64,000 nt of DNA, from contig JBNAUL010000003.1 in assembly GCA_049700835.1 (NCBI GenBank), positions 9,775 through 73,774 of the forward strand, given 5' to 3'. Origin of the DNA: Candidatus Woesearchaeota archaeon. Lineage in GTDB: Archaea; Nanobdellota; Nanobdellia; Woesearchaeales; WAPY01. Positions 28,811-38,133 of the stretch are shown in pieces. Every line of letters starts with the position of its first letter. The stretch's first letter is position 1. The notes under the pieces were generated by a model. It had not been told where the DNA came from and did not search any database. It worked only from the letters and a program-made list of their open reading frames with translations. The translations under genes were made by a program, and so were the position numbers.

Positions 28811-31800
28811 TTATTCAATTCTTAAAACCTTAACCTTGAATACCAAGGTTTTATTTGCAAGTTCCCCTTCTTTATAACCTTCCTCAGGCTTTACAACAAT
28901 TTTTTTTTGTTCTCCTGTTTTCATTCCTAAAACTTGGTTTTCCAATCCCTTAATCACTTGCCCGCTTCCAACGCTGAATTTAAGAGGGCTCCTGAATAAA
29001 TAATCCTTGAAATCAGAGTTCTTTGTTACATTAAGTTTTTCAAAATTTTTTATTGAGGAATCAAAAACAGTTCCGTTTTCAAAATAACCAATATAATCAA
29101 TGGTTATTGAATCTCCTTTGCTAACAACTTCCTTTGGCTTCCAACTAACATTCCAAACATAAATGTTTGTTCCAAAAACCCCTGATTCATGGGTATAAAG
29201 CTTGAAGTGGTTCAAACCAACAGCATCCATAAAATATAATCTTGTGAATAAACTCTTGGAAATTTCTTTTGAACACCAAAATGCCATGGGTTGATCTTTG
29301 TTCAGCAAAACAACAAGGGTGTATGGAAATTCAGAATTGTTGAATTCTTTTTCTATTATGCCGTCGTTTGTTGCAAAAACAACTGATAATGGTTTAATGC
29401 TCTTGGTGTTTGTTGGAATAACAACATCCAACTTTTCCAAATCAACAATGCTTGGCAGGTATTGACCTTGAAACATGTTGACGCAGTTAAGCTTTGTTTC
29501 ATTTGCAAAGGAGCAGGTTGTTAAACCAGTTATAAAGCCAGGCCATGGAGAAACCCATGCTTCTTCTTCTTTTGAACTAAGGATTGAAACTTCGTCGTAG
29601 TATCTTCTCGCTTCCTCTTGGCTTAAATTAAGATTGTTAATCATATAATCAACAGAATTTCTTCCCATTGTTTTAACAGCATTTAGTATTTTTGCCCTTC
29701 TGAAATCCCAAAGCCCGAAATGTGCCCAAACATTTGCTTTGCCAATCATATCTTCACTAGTTATTAAATAGTCTTCAGGAGGTTCGCAATGAGTGTAATT
29801 TAATATTCTAAGAATTTTTTCATCACTAAAACCAAGGTTTCTTAAATAATTCGAAGCGTTTTCTTTAGTCATCATTATTATCTTTCTTACAACGCTTACA
29901 GAAAACTCTGTGTCATTGAATTCTTTGTCAACTTCTTCAAAAGCATTGTTTGAACCGCAATCGAGCATTCTTAAAATTGCTATGCTTTCATCCTCATCCT
30001 CGCTAACCAATAATCTTCCAAGCCAATAAGTTTGTGGAGAGTTTTGAGTTGCTCCGTCAGCAGTCACGCTTCTGTTAGCAAAATACTTGAACCAATGCCC
30101 AAAGTCCCACCAAGAATTTATTATTGCATTGGTGCTAGCATTTTCATTTATCTTTGTAAGTGCAGTATACCATGTTTTATTTATGCTCGGAATGAAAGTC
30201 CTTCCTGCTTCTATTCCTGCTTTCACAGGAACTATCATCAACGCAAGTATGAAAGCGAAAACAACTACCTTTACAATATAATCTTTCTTTAAATCAAAAA
30301 TCCTAGACAACTCTTTCCCAGAAAACTCAACCAATAAACCTAATTCTATTCCCAAAATCATTGTTGCAACAGGCATCAACAGAACCAAAAATCTTATACC
30401 AACTAAACTTGCATATATTGCAACAGCATACCAAACAAAAAATATTATTGGCATTAATGAATTATGAATTAAACTAAACTTTTCTTCAGAACCTTGACTG
30501 ATTTTTATTATTTTTTTGTTAAATACAATCAGCAAGAGTCCTATGAATGAAAAGCACAGAATCATTTTTTGCACAAACATGTTGCTGTAGCCATTGCTAA
30601 TAGCGCTTAGAATATCATCCCATCTACCTGCATTCAGTTCAGCAACTGTTGTGAAAATATTTGGCCATAAGGTCTTCTGCTTAACGCTTGCTTTTAGCTC
30701 TCTTGATTTCAGCGCTTCTATTGGAGCATTAAAGTAAAATTTTGGTCCTTTTAAAACGCTCACAAAAACAAATGAAAAAGCTAAATACATCAGAATGACA
30801 AGCAGGTATTTTTTTGTTGTTTTTTCCTTGAAAAAAGTCATTATTCCTAAAAAGCTTTTTTTCTTTGCAAAAACCAAATAGACTATGATTGTTAAAAAAT
30901 ATAGCACAAAAGAAATTCCTAAAATGTCAAATAGATACCACCAACCATTCCAAGAAAGGGCAAATAATCCTGTGAATAAACCGCTTAGCGCAGAATATAT
31001 TATTCTTTGCTTACTGTCCTTAGCATAAACTGCCTCTACAAACGCCCAAATTATCAGGACAGGGAACAAGATGTTGTAAATATCGTCATCAGAACCTGCT
31101 GTTCTCCTTATTACAAAAGCATTGATTGTTATGAGCAGCGATGATAAAAATCCACCATATTTTCCAGCAATTCTGTTGCCTATTAAAAAAGCAAATACTG
31201 CTATTATTAAAGACAGGATTACAGGCACATAGAAAGATGCCTGCATCAAGGTCAAACTGTTATTAAATGGCTTAAGCATTTTGTAAACAAAAACTATCAT
31301 GTATGGGTGGATTGCAGGATAAGCATAGGTTCCTAGAGGAGCAACCATCAAATTATCATAAGGTCTTCCATTTCTTATCTCGTCTCCGTACATTCCTTTT
31401 TCCAACAAATTTCTTGCATATCTGAGCCAATGATACGAGTCCAAATCTCCTAAGAAAACATATGTTTTATTTCCTATTTGGTATTGGAATTCCTTTTTTA
31501 AGTAATCAGATGTCTGCTTTACCTGTAATTCTATTTGCTCATTGTTAGTCTTTAATAAATGATTGAAATTATTTTCAACATAGGAATTCTTTTGCTCTTC
31601 AGGAAGATTAGGGAATTGCTGTTCAATCTGCGTTTTCAGGTTTTGCTTTATGTAGGAATAAACATTGTTCCTTGCAATGTCGTCCATTATTCCTAATTTT
31701 GTAGGCAACAACCTTATGTAAAGAGTAAATATTATAATTAAAATAATTATAATTAATGTTGAATGCTTGGAAAAGAAACCCTTGACTTTTCTTAAATCAA

Positions 31801-31960
31801 AATTTAATTCTTCTTTTTCTTCATTTTCATGATTTCTCTCTCTGCCATGTTTTTCTGTGGCTTCATCTCTGCTCGTTCTTTTCTTATTCTTCCTCTTTTT
31901 GAAAGGATTAAGTTTTGAAAAGTTAATGTTTAGTTCTTCACCATTTTCATCTTTTTCCAT
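28811..31960 (-). CDS. aglB: Oligosaccharyltransferase AglB/STT3 with C-terminal FKBP-type PPIase domain
   Basis: DLDSYHWLRYA, TTVAEL, WWDFGHW, DMIGK; C-terminus KGDSITIDYIGYFENGTVFDSS...FSVGSGQVIKGLE...KPEEGY; GGTGGT RBS before ATG 31960. Confidence 0.93.
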   Translation of the reverse strand: MEKDENGEELNINFSKLNPFKKRKNKKRTSRDEATEKHGRERNHENEEKEELNFDLRKVKGFFSKHSTLIIIILIIIFTLYIRLLPTKLGIMDDIARNNVYSYIKQNLKTQIEQQFPNLPEEQKNSYVENNFNHLLKTNNEQIELQVKQTSDYLKKEFQYQIGNKTYVFLGDLDSYHWLRYARNLLEKGMYGDEIRNGRPYDNLMVAPLGTYAYPAIHPYMIVFVYKMLKPFNNSLTLMQASFYVPVILSLIIAVFAFLIGNRIAGKYGGFLSSLLITINAFVIRRTAGSDDDIYNILFPVLIIWAFVEAVYAKDSKQRIIYSALSGLFTGLFALSWNGWWYLFDILGISFVLYFLTIIVYLVFAKKKSFLGIMTFFKEKTTKKYLLVILMYLAFSFVFVSVLKGPKFYFNAPIEALKSRELKASVKQKTLWPNIFTTVAELNAGRWDDILSAISNGYSNMFVQKMILCFSFIGLLLIVFNKKIIKISQGSEEKFSLIHNSLMPIIFFVWYAVAIYASLVGIRFLVLLMPVATMILGIELGLLVEFSGKELSRIFDLKKDYIVKVVVFAFILALMIVPVKAGIEAGRTFIPSINKTWYTALTKINENASTNAIINSWWDFGHWFKYFANRSVTADGATQNSPQTYWLGRLLVSEDEDESIAILRMLDCGSNNAFEEVDKEFNDTEFSVSVVRKIIMMTKENASNYLRNLGFSDEKILRILNYTHCEPPEDYLITSEDMIGKANVWAHFGLWDFRRAKILNAVKTMGRNSVDYMINNLNLSQEEARRYYDEVSILSSKEEEAWVSPWPGFITGLTTCSFANETKLNCVNMFQGQYLPSIVDLEKLDVVIPTNTKSIKPLSVVFATNDGIIEKEFNNSEFPYTLVVLLNKDQPMAFWCSKEISKSLFTRLYFMDAVGLNHFKLYTHESGVFGTNIYVWNVSWKPKEVVSKGDSITIDYIGYFENGTVFDSSIKNFEKLNVTKNSDFKDYLFRSPLKFSVGSGQVIKGLENQVLGMKTGEQKKIVVKPEEGYKEGELANKTLVFKVKVLRIE

Positions 31961-32225
31961 TAAAACCACCACCAAAGCAGTTTTTCTTTTGAATAACAAA
32001 AATTCCAATAACTTTATTAATTTTTTTATATGGTATCCCTACATTGTTTATAAATCTATTCCCAAACACCTGTTTTTGTTCTGCTCTTAAAAAAAATTCT
32101 GAAAGATATCTTAAAAATTCATCAGAATAAACCAATATTAACAATTAAAAAATAGTAAAATTTATAAAGAAATGTTCTATTTTATATTAGAACTAAAAGC
32201 AAACAAAAGAGCGGAGAGGATAAAA

Positions 32226-32453
32226 ATGGAAGATGTTTCTAAAACAACTTTGGCAATTTTGCTTATTTTGACAATAATTCTCTCAGTTATTGGAACTTGG
32301 ACAACAATCTCAACGCTGAATAAAGTAAGCTACAAAGAACAACAAAAAAACAACAATAACGGAATTGTTTCAATGACAATAGCAAAACCGAACGATGGAT
32401 TTAAAGAAGCAATGGTAAGCCTTTCTATTGTAAAGGAAGAAAAAGGAGGTTAA
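32226..32453 (+). CDS. Small membrane-anchored protein, N-terminus paralogous to next gene
   Basis: MEDVSKTTLAILLILTIILSVIGTW vs MAKEVSNRTIALLLVLALAISVFGTF; GGAGAGG RBS. Confidence 0.7.
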   Translation: MEDVSKTTLAILLILTIILSVIGTWTTISTLNKVSYKEQQKNNNNGIVSMTIAKPNDGFKEAMVSLSIVKEEKGG

Positions 32454-32456
32454 AAA

Positions 32457-33119
32457 ATGGCAAAAGAAGTTTCTAATAGAACAATAGCTTTGCTGTTGGT
32501 TTTGGCTTTGGCTATATCTGTTTTCGGAACATTTTTGAGCTTGCAAAGAATTTCAAGATTAGGAGTAACAGGATTTGCTTCAACAGGAATAACAAATCTT
32601 ACCATAGCAAGCACAAAATCAATAAATGTTCAAGTTGCAAATATTGACTTTGGCTCTGGCTATGCAACAGACGGAACAACATGCACGATGGAAAGCAATG
32701 CAACTGCTCCTGAAACAAACTGTAATGGTGCTAGTAGCGCAGGGATTGATTGGAACGAAAGGCCATTGAGCAGTTATGGGGGAAATCCATACTTTATTAT
32801 AAATAACACAGGAAACATAAATACAAATATAAGCGTTAATGCTTCTGATAATGCAACAACTTGGATTGGAAACTATGCAGGAGTTGGTGCTTGGATTGGA
32901 GGGCATGCAGCTACAGAAGCTCAGAATGCTTGCGGAACAATAAATACGACCTATCAAACTTTGGCAACAGGAGATCCTGTAGTGCTTTGCACCGGAACCG
33001 GTTTGAATTGGGTTGATGGCAACGATACTATATATGCTGCTGTAAAAGTAAGCATTCCATCAACAGTTCCTCCAGGAGAAAATAAGCACACAACAGTGAC
33101 ATTCCACACCCTGCCGTAA
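32457..33119 (+). CDS. Secreted beta-rich surface protein (fibre/pilin- or S-layer-like subunit)
   Basis: GGAGGT RBS; TM then VTGFA; IDFG, INNTGN, VSIPS motifs; T/N/G/A-rich; T-run terminator follows. Confidence 0.65.
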   Translation: MAKEVSNRTIALLLVLALAISVFGTFLSLQRISRLGVTGFASTGITNLTIASTKSINVQVANIDFGSGYATDGTTCTMESNATAPETNCNGASSAGIDWNERPLSSYGGNPYFIINNTGNINTNISVNASDNATTWIGNYAGVGAWIGGHAATEAQNACGTINTTYQTLATGDPVVLCTGTGLNWVDGNDTIYAAVKVSIPSTVPPGENKHTTVTFHTLP

Positions 33120-33348
33120 AAATTTTTTTGCTTTTTATTTTTTTCTTTTTCAGAGTTTCAGATAACATTTAAAGAAAAAGATTTTTGCTTTCGCAGTTTT
33201 AAGAACCAATAAAATTAAAATCTTAATATTAAAATAAATCTTAATATCAAAATTTTAATAATAAAAAAATATAATAAAATATGATAAAAATTTTATTAGA
33301 GAATGCTTTTAGCAAGATTTAAAAACAAACTCCACTTTATTTTAAAAT

Positions 33349-34572
33349 ATGAAAAGCAATAAAGAAAGTAAAAAAGGATTATTTTTAACAAAAAATAATT
33401 TCATCGGCTTTTTGTTTTTAATACTCTTCATTCTGGTTTTTTGCTGCAATGAAGTTTTTTCAATCGGATTAACGCCAGCAGACATTCTTGTTTACTATGA
33501 ACCTGATAAAGAGGTTGTATTAAATTATGCTGTGAGCAACACTCTTGATTTTGAAATAAACGCTTCCTTGTTTGTCACAGGAGAACTTTCCCAATATTTT
33601 GAACTCAGCGAAGTTAATGTTGTTTTAGGTCCTAAAGAAGCAAAATCATTCTATGTAAAATACAAGCTTCCTAAAGGTTTAAATCCAGGAACTTATGTTG
33701 TAAGATTAAACGCTTTGGAAATAAGAGCTCCTACAACTCAGGGAGTAGGAGCAAGGGCTTCTGTTATTGACAGGATTACAATAAGAGTTCCTGAGAAAGG
33801 GAAATACATTGAAACAAGTTTAAGGGTTGATGATGCTGAATTAAATAAGACAACAAAAGCATATGTTGATGTTTCAAATTTTGGAGAAGAAACAATAAAT
33901 TTCATGTTTGCTGAAATTGAATTCTTCACCTTAGAAAACAAAACAATTTCAAAAGTAAGAACAAAAACCTATTATTCATTAAAAACCTTTGAAACAGCAA
34001 CATTGGATGCAGATTTTGAAACAACAGGGCTTGAAAAAGCAACTTACAAAGCAAAGGCAATTGTTTATTATGATTCCATGTCAAAGGAGACAAACTTTGC
34101 TAATTTTAGGATTGGAAGCATAGAGATTAAGATAGTTGATTTCACAAGAAAGGCGTATCATGGGTTAATAAGCAAGTTCAACGTAACCATTGAAAACAGG
34201 TGGAACACTGAGGTGAATTTTGATTTGGAAGTTTTAATAAAAAAGGACAATAAGATTGTGCAAACAATAAGATTTAGCTCTGAATTATTGAAACCATTCG
34301 AAACAAAAACAATCAGTTCATTTTTGGATGCAACAAACCTTGAGTTAGGTTTGTATGATGTTGAGGCGAATGCTTACTACAACAACAATACAGAAACTCT
34401 TAAAGGAAATCTTGAGATTGTAGAGGTTCCAAAAGAGAAATTAGAGTCCTTCAATTATAAGTTCATAATTGCGATTTTATTGCTGCTCATTGTTCTCAAT
34501 ATTATTTGGTTATTCTTCTTAAAGAGAAAATCTTCAGCAAAGAATTCTATCCAAGAAGTAGAAAATAAGTAA
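33349..34572 (+). CDS. Secreted Ig-like domain protein with C-terminal membrane anchor
   Basis: Signal peptide, IGLTPA, LPKGLNPGTY, beta-rich repeats, C-terminal TM + KRK. Confidence 0.75.
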   Translation: MKSNKESKKGLFLTKNNFIGFLFLILFILVFCCNEVFSIGLTPADILVYYEPDKEVVLNYAVSNTLDFEINASLFVTGELSQYFELSEVNVVLGPKEAKSFYVKYKLPKGLNPGTYVVRLNALEIRAPTTQGVGARASVIDRITIRVPEKGKYIETSLRVDDAELNKTTKAYVDVSNFGEETINFMFAEIEFFTLENKTISKVRTKTYYSLKTFETATLDADFETTGLEKATYKAKAIVYYDSMSKETNFANFRIGSIEIKIVDFTRKAYHGLISKFNVTIENRWNTEVNFDLEVLIKKDNKIVQTIRFSSELLKPFETKTISSFLDATNLELGLYDVEANAYYNNNTETLKGNLEIVEVPKEKLESFNYKFIIAILLLLIVLNIIWLFFLKRKSSAKNSIQEVENK

Positions 34573-34604
34573 TAGAAGAAAGGGAAATAGAAGAAAGGTG
34601 CAAA

Positions 34605-35096
34605 ATGAGGTTTAACAAGAGAATGCGCTCTCTCTGTGATGGTTTCTCACTCTTTATTGAAAAAAACCAAAAATTTCTTATTGTATTATTTTCTATAATT
34701 GTGTTGTTTCTCCTTGTTTTTTTGATTGGCATGTGCGCTTTGCAAAAAAATTTGAACCAAAATTCATTTGAGAAGAGAGTTCCGATATCAATAATAGTAG
34801 GTTCTTCAAACACAATATTCATAAATGCGCAGACAGACGCTTTTTACCTTGGGGGAGGGCCTCCTGGTTCTACTATAACAGCGAATTTCAATATAACAAA
34901 CATCATTGGCAGGACTGTTCTGATAAAACTTTCTGCAGAAGGTTCTGTTAAGGATTGGATTTCATTCTCTGAAAATGATTTTATCTTGAAACCGAATGAA
35001 TTAAAAGAGATAGTGCTGATTGCAGAGATTCCAGAGAATGCTTTCAAAGGAACATACAACGATAGTTTTGTTGTTATAAAACACTATTTAAAATAA
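34605..35096 (+). CDS. Membrane-anchored Ig-like hypothetical protein
   Basis: N-terminal TM; WISFSENDFILKPNE...IPENAFKGTY resembles the first domain of 33349..34572. Confidence 0.65.
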   Translation: MRFNKRMRSLCDGFSLFIEKNQKFLIVLFSIIVLFLLVFLIGMCALQKNLNQNSFEKRVPISIIVGSSNTIFINAQTDAFYLGGGPPGSTITANFNITNIIGRTVLIKLSAEGSVKDWISFSENDFILKPNELKEIVLIAEIPENAFKGTYNDSFVVIKHYLK

Positions 35097-35241
35097 TTTT
35101 AGAGCGATTCTTTAATTCAGTTTAATGCAGTATTAAGTAAGCAGAAAAATCTTTGGTTATTTTTAAAGCTATTTATATATCAAAAATATATTAATATGAT
35201 ACATACATTTAAATTTATAATTATTAATTTATTACATAAAA

Positions 35242-35280
35242 AGAAAAGATTTATATATTAATATATCAAAATGATATATA
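35242..35280 (+). promoter_or_regulatory. BRE/TATA promoter with downstream inverted-repeat operator
   Basis: AGAAAAGA then TTTATATA (35250-35257); ATATATCA-AAA-TGATATAT (35261-35279) directly before ATG 35281. Confidence 0.55.
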
Positions 35281-35526
35281 ATGGATACTTTGCTTCATAT
35301 AAGAATAGGCAGGGAACTGAAGAAAAGGATTGATGAACTTGTTGAAGCAGGAGTTTTTTCTAATCAGGCAGAAGTTGTAAGGGAAGCTCTCAGAAGTTTG
35401 ATTTTAAAGTATGACAAGGAATTCCTCTCCTTGATAAAAAATCAGGAAAATAAAGTAAATAATGAAAATCATGCAAAAAACAAAAAGGGCAATAAAAGCG
35501 ATGAAAGGGGATTCAATAAAAAATGA
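35281..35526 (+). CDS. Ribbon-helix-helix (CopG/Arc/MetJ) transcription regulator
   Basis: LLHIRIGRELKKRIDELVEAGVFSNQAEVVREALR; stop overlaps next start (ATGA). Confidence 0.88.
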   Translation: MDTLLHIRIGRELKKRIDELVEAGVFSNQAEVVREALRSLILKYDKEFLSLIKNQENKVNNENHAKNKKGNKSDERGFNKK

Positions 35527-38102
35527 GGCTATCAAACAATTTAATGCTCTTTGCAATTTTAATTATAATAGTAATAAACATATTCAATATCTATGTTTAT
35601 TATACGATAGGCCTTCCAAAAATTTCAGGCAGGGTAACCTCTGGTTTGGTTCACCTCTGCATCGGAAAGCCGTCAATAATAAACTTCATTTATCCTAATG
35701 AGTGGGATGTTTTAAATGGAGTGATTAATGTGAGCGTAATAGCAACAAATCCTGACGGCCCGCACTATGTTCAATGGGTTTTGTTTAGTTATGGAATATC
35801 TGCTGTCAATGATTTTTGTCAGGATAACTACGATGGAGATTCGTTTTACAGCTGCATCTTAAACACATCACTGCTTCCTGAAGGAAACTGCAATTACTTT
35901 TTCATGGCAAGATGCCAAGGTCCTTGCTCTCAATCAGGAACAACGCACTATTACATTTCAATAAATAATATTGACGAGCCCCCTGTTTGGGATAATTTTA
36001 AAAACAACATCACAACGAACTTTTCAAAATTTTCTTCTTGGGGCAACATAAGCAATGCAGTTATAGGAATTCCAGGCAAGGTTGTTGTCAATTTTTCAGG
36101 GCAAACAATAAATTTTGACAGCGCAAACCTTGATTCTTATCTTTTAATAGGCCAAAACTATCTCAACATAAACATTGACGCTTTGAAGTGCCTGAGAAAA
36201 CCAGCAACAGTCACTTTCTATAATTTGAGCTTTGATGTTCCAAAAATCCTCAGGAACAATCAAGTATGCGTCTCTCCTTTGTGTTCCTTGGTTTCATACG
36301 ATTCAAATTCAGTAACCTTCAGTGCAATATACTTAAATGGAATTTATAATGTTACTGAAGGAGCAACTCTGAATTTAAAACTTTTAGACACATCTGATTT
36401 TAGAAAGGTCTATGTTAAAGAAGAGATGAGTTTCTATGCTAATCTAACAAACTCAGTTGGGAGAGTAATAAATTTCAGCGATGTTTATTGCGACATTATG
36501 ATAAATGAAACAAATCACTCTTATGCTGAGAGGATGAGTTTTAACCAAGAACTTCAGCTTTACGAGTTTAAGAAGACATTCTATAGAGCAGGAAACTTTA
36601 AATACGCTGTTGTTTGCAATGCTACAACCCACTATTATAACATAATTGAAAACTCATCTACATTCACAATAACAAACAGGCCCCCAATTCTTGTAAATTT
36701 AATTCCTAACCAAACATGGCTTGAAAATACAATGGTTTCAGGAATAGATTTGGATGATTATTTTGTAGACCCTGACGGGGATGTCTTAAATTACACGCAC
36801 TCTCCTGTACAAAACATACAGATAAACATATCCCCATCAAATGTCGTTACATTCATTCCTCAGAATTGGTGGTATGGAAACAGAACAGTCATCTTTTACG
36901 CATACGATCCTTACAGGGCTTCGAATGAGAGCAATGTTGTTTATCTAACAGTAATCCATGTTCCAAGACCGGAACTTGAGCAATCGCAGGTAGGTGGAGG
37001 AGGAGGCACAGGATCCTCAGAACAAAGCATGCTCTGCACGCCTAAGTGGGAATGCACAGAATTTGGGCTATGTTTGGCAACAGGGATAAGGGTTAGGAAG
37101 TGCATTGATGCTAACAACTGCCAAAACGAAAACCTTGGAAAGCCAAAGGAGTTCGAGTATTGCAATTACACTCCTACATGTTTTGATTTGCTTAAGAATG
37201 GGAATGAGGAATGGGTTGATTGTGGGGGTCCTTGCAAACCTTGTCCTTCCTGCTACAATCTAATTCAGGATCAGGGAGAGACAGGGGTTGATTGTGGGGG
37301 TCCTTGCAAACCTTGTCCTTCTTGCTCAAATGGAATTCAGGATTTTGGCGAAGAAGGAATTGATTGTGGAGTTGTTTGCAATAAGAGCTGCTCAAGACTT
37401 GAAATTCCAGGAAGGATTAAAAAGAGAATTTCAAACGCTGTTTTTTTATTAGCTCTCTCAATGATTGCAGTTGTTTCGTCAGGATACCTTGTTTTAAAAA
37501 AACTGAGGAAACAAAAAGAGGCTCTTATACCAGAGAAAGTGTTGTTAAAATCAGAACTTAATCTAAGAAGCAACGATTTAATCCTTGATTTCATAAGGGG
37601 AATATTCAATTGCAGCGAGATACAATCAATATTCAGAAAATTGATTTCAGAATCCCTTGAAATAAATTATGAATTCACAACTCAAGAACTTGAGAAGGAA
37701 ATGGCAGCGAGCGAGCTTAAACAGGATTTAAAGCAGAGAATTTTAAATTTTTCAAGCTTGGTTGAAAGCAAAATTTTCAGCAACGAAAAGATGGGAATTA
37801 AGGAATACGAAGCGTCTGTTAATGAGTTGAGAGGGCTTGTTGAAGATATTTTAACTCCCATTATTGCAGAGGAGATAAAATTTTTGGAAGAGGAAATGAA
37901 AAGAAGAAAGTTTGTTTCAGAGATAAAGAAATTGATTAGAGATATTCAAAGCGATTTCAAGGAGAACAAAACAGAGAGCGCTGAAGCGAAGTATTCAAAA
38001 TTAAAGCGTCTGTATTCAAAACTGCCTCTTAACTTGAAGAAAAAATACTATTCAATAATCATAAAGCTCTATGAACAATTGAACAGAAACAAAGAAAGCT
38101 AA
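35523..38102 (+). CDS. Adhesin-like surface protein: Ig-like domains, Gly linker, DCGGPC repeats, second TM, helical cytoplasmic tail
   Basis: N-terminal TM; NRPP...IDLDDYFVDPDGD; GGGGG; CTPKWECTEFGLC; three DCG repeats; TM then ~200-aa tail. Confidence 0.8.
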   Translation: MRLSNNLMLFAILIIIVINIFNIYVYYTIGLPKISGRVTSGLVHLCIGKPSIINFIYPNEWDVLNGVINVSVIATNPDGPHYVQWVLFSYGISAVNDFCQDNYDGDSFYSCILNTSLLPEGNCNYFFMARCQGPCSQSGTTHYYISINNIDEPPVWDNFKNNITTNFSKFSSWGNISNAVIGIPGKVVVNFSGQTINFDSANLDSYLLIGQNYLNINIDALKCLRKPATVTFYNLSFDVPKILRNNQVCVSPLCSLVSYDSNSVTFSAIYLNGIYNVTEGATLNLKLLDTSDFRKVYVKEEMSFYANLTNSVGRVINFSDVYCDIMINETNHSYAERMSFNQELQLYEFKKTFYRAGNFKYAVVCNATTHYYNIIENSSTFTITNRPPILVNLIPNQTWLENTMVSGIDLDDYFVDPDGDVLNYTHSPVQNIQINISPSNVVTFIPQNWWYGNRTVIFYAYDPYRASNESNVVYLTVIHVPRPELEQSQVGGGGGTGSSEQSMLCTPKWECTEFGLCLATGIRVRKCIDANNCQNENLGKPKEFEYCNYTPTCFDLLKNGNEEWVDCGGPCKPCPSCYNLIQDQGETGVDCGGPCKPCPSCSNGIQDFGEEGIDCGVVCNKSCSRLEIPGRIKKRISNAVFLLALSMIAVVSSGYLVLKKLRKQKEALIPEKVLLKSELNLRSNDLILDFIRGIFNCSEIQSIFRKLISESLEINYEFTTQELEKEMAASELKQDLKQRILNFSSLVESKIFSNEKMGIKEYEASVNELRGLVEDILTPIIAEEIKFLEEEMKRRKFVSEIKKLIRDIQSDFKENKTESAEAKYSKLKRLYSKLPLNLKKKYYSIIIKLYEQLNRNKES
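37213..37321 (+). repeat. Intragenic 37-bp exact direct repeat (72-bp period)
   Basis: GGGTTGATTGTGGGGGTCCTTGCAAACCTTGTCCTTC at 37213-37249 and 37285-37321. Confidence 0.9.
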
Positions 38103-38133
38103 AGAAAAGAATGATAAAAAAGAGGAAATTAAG

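Noticed and set aside
37213-37321. Diversity-generating retroelement TR/VR pair
   Set aside because: Adjacent in-frame repeats without adenine-specific mismatches; no reverse transcriptase in window
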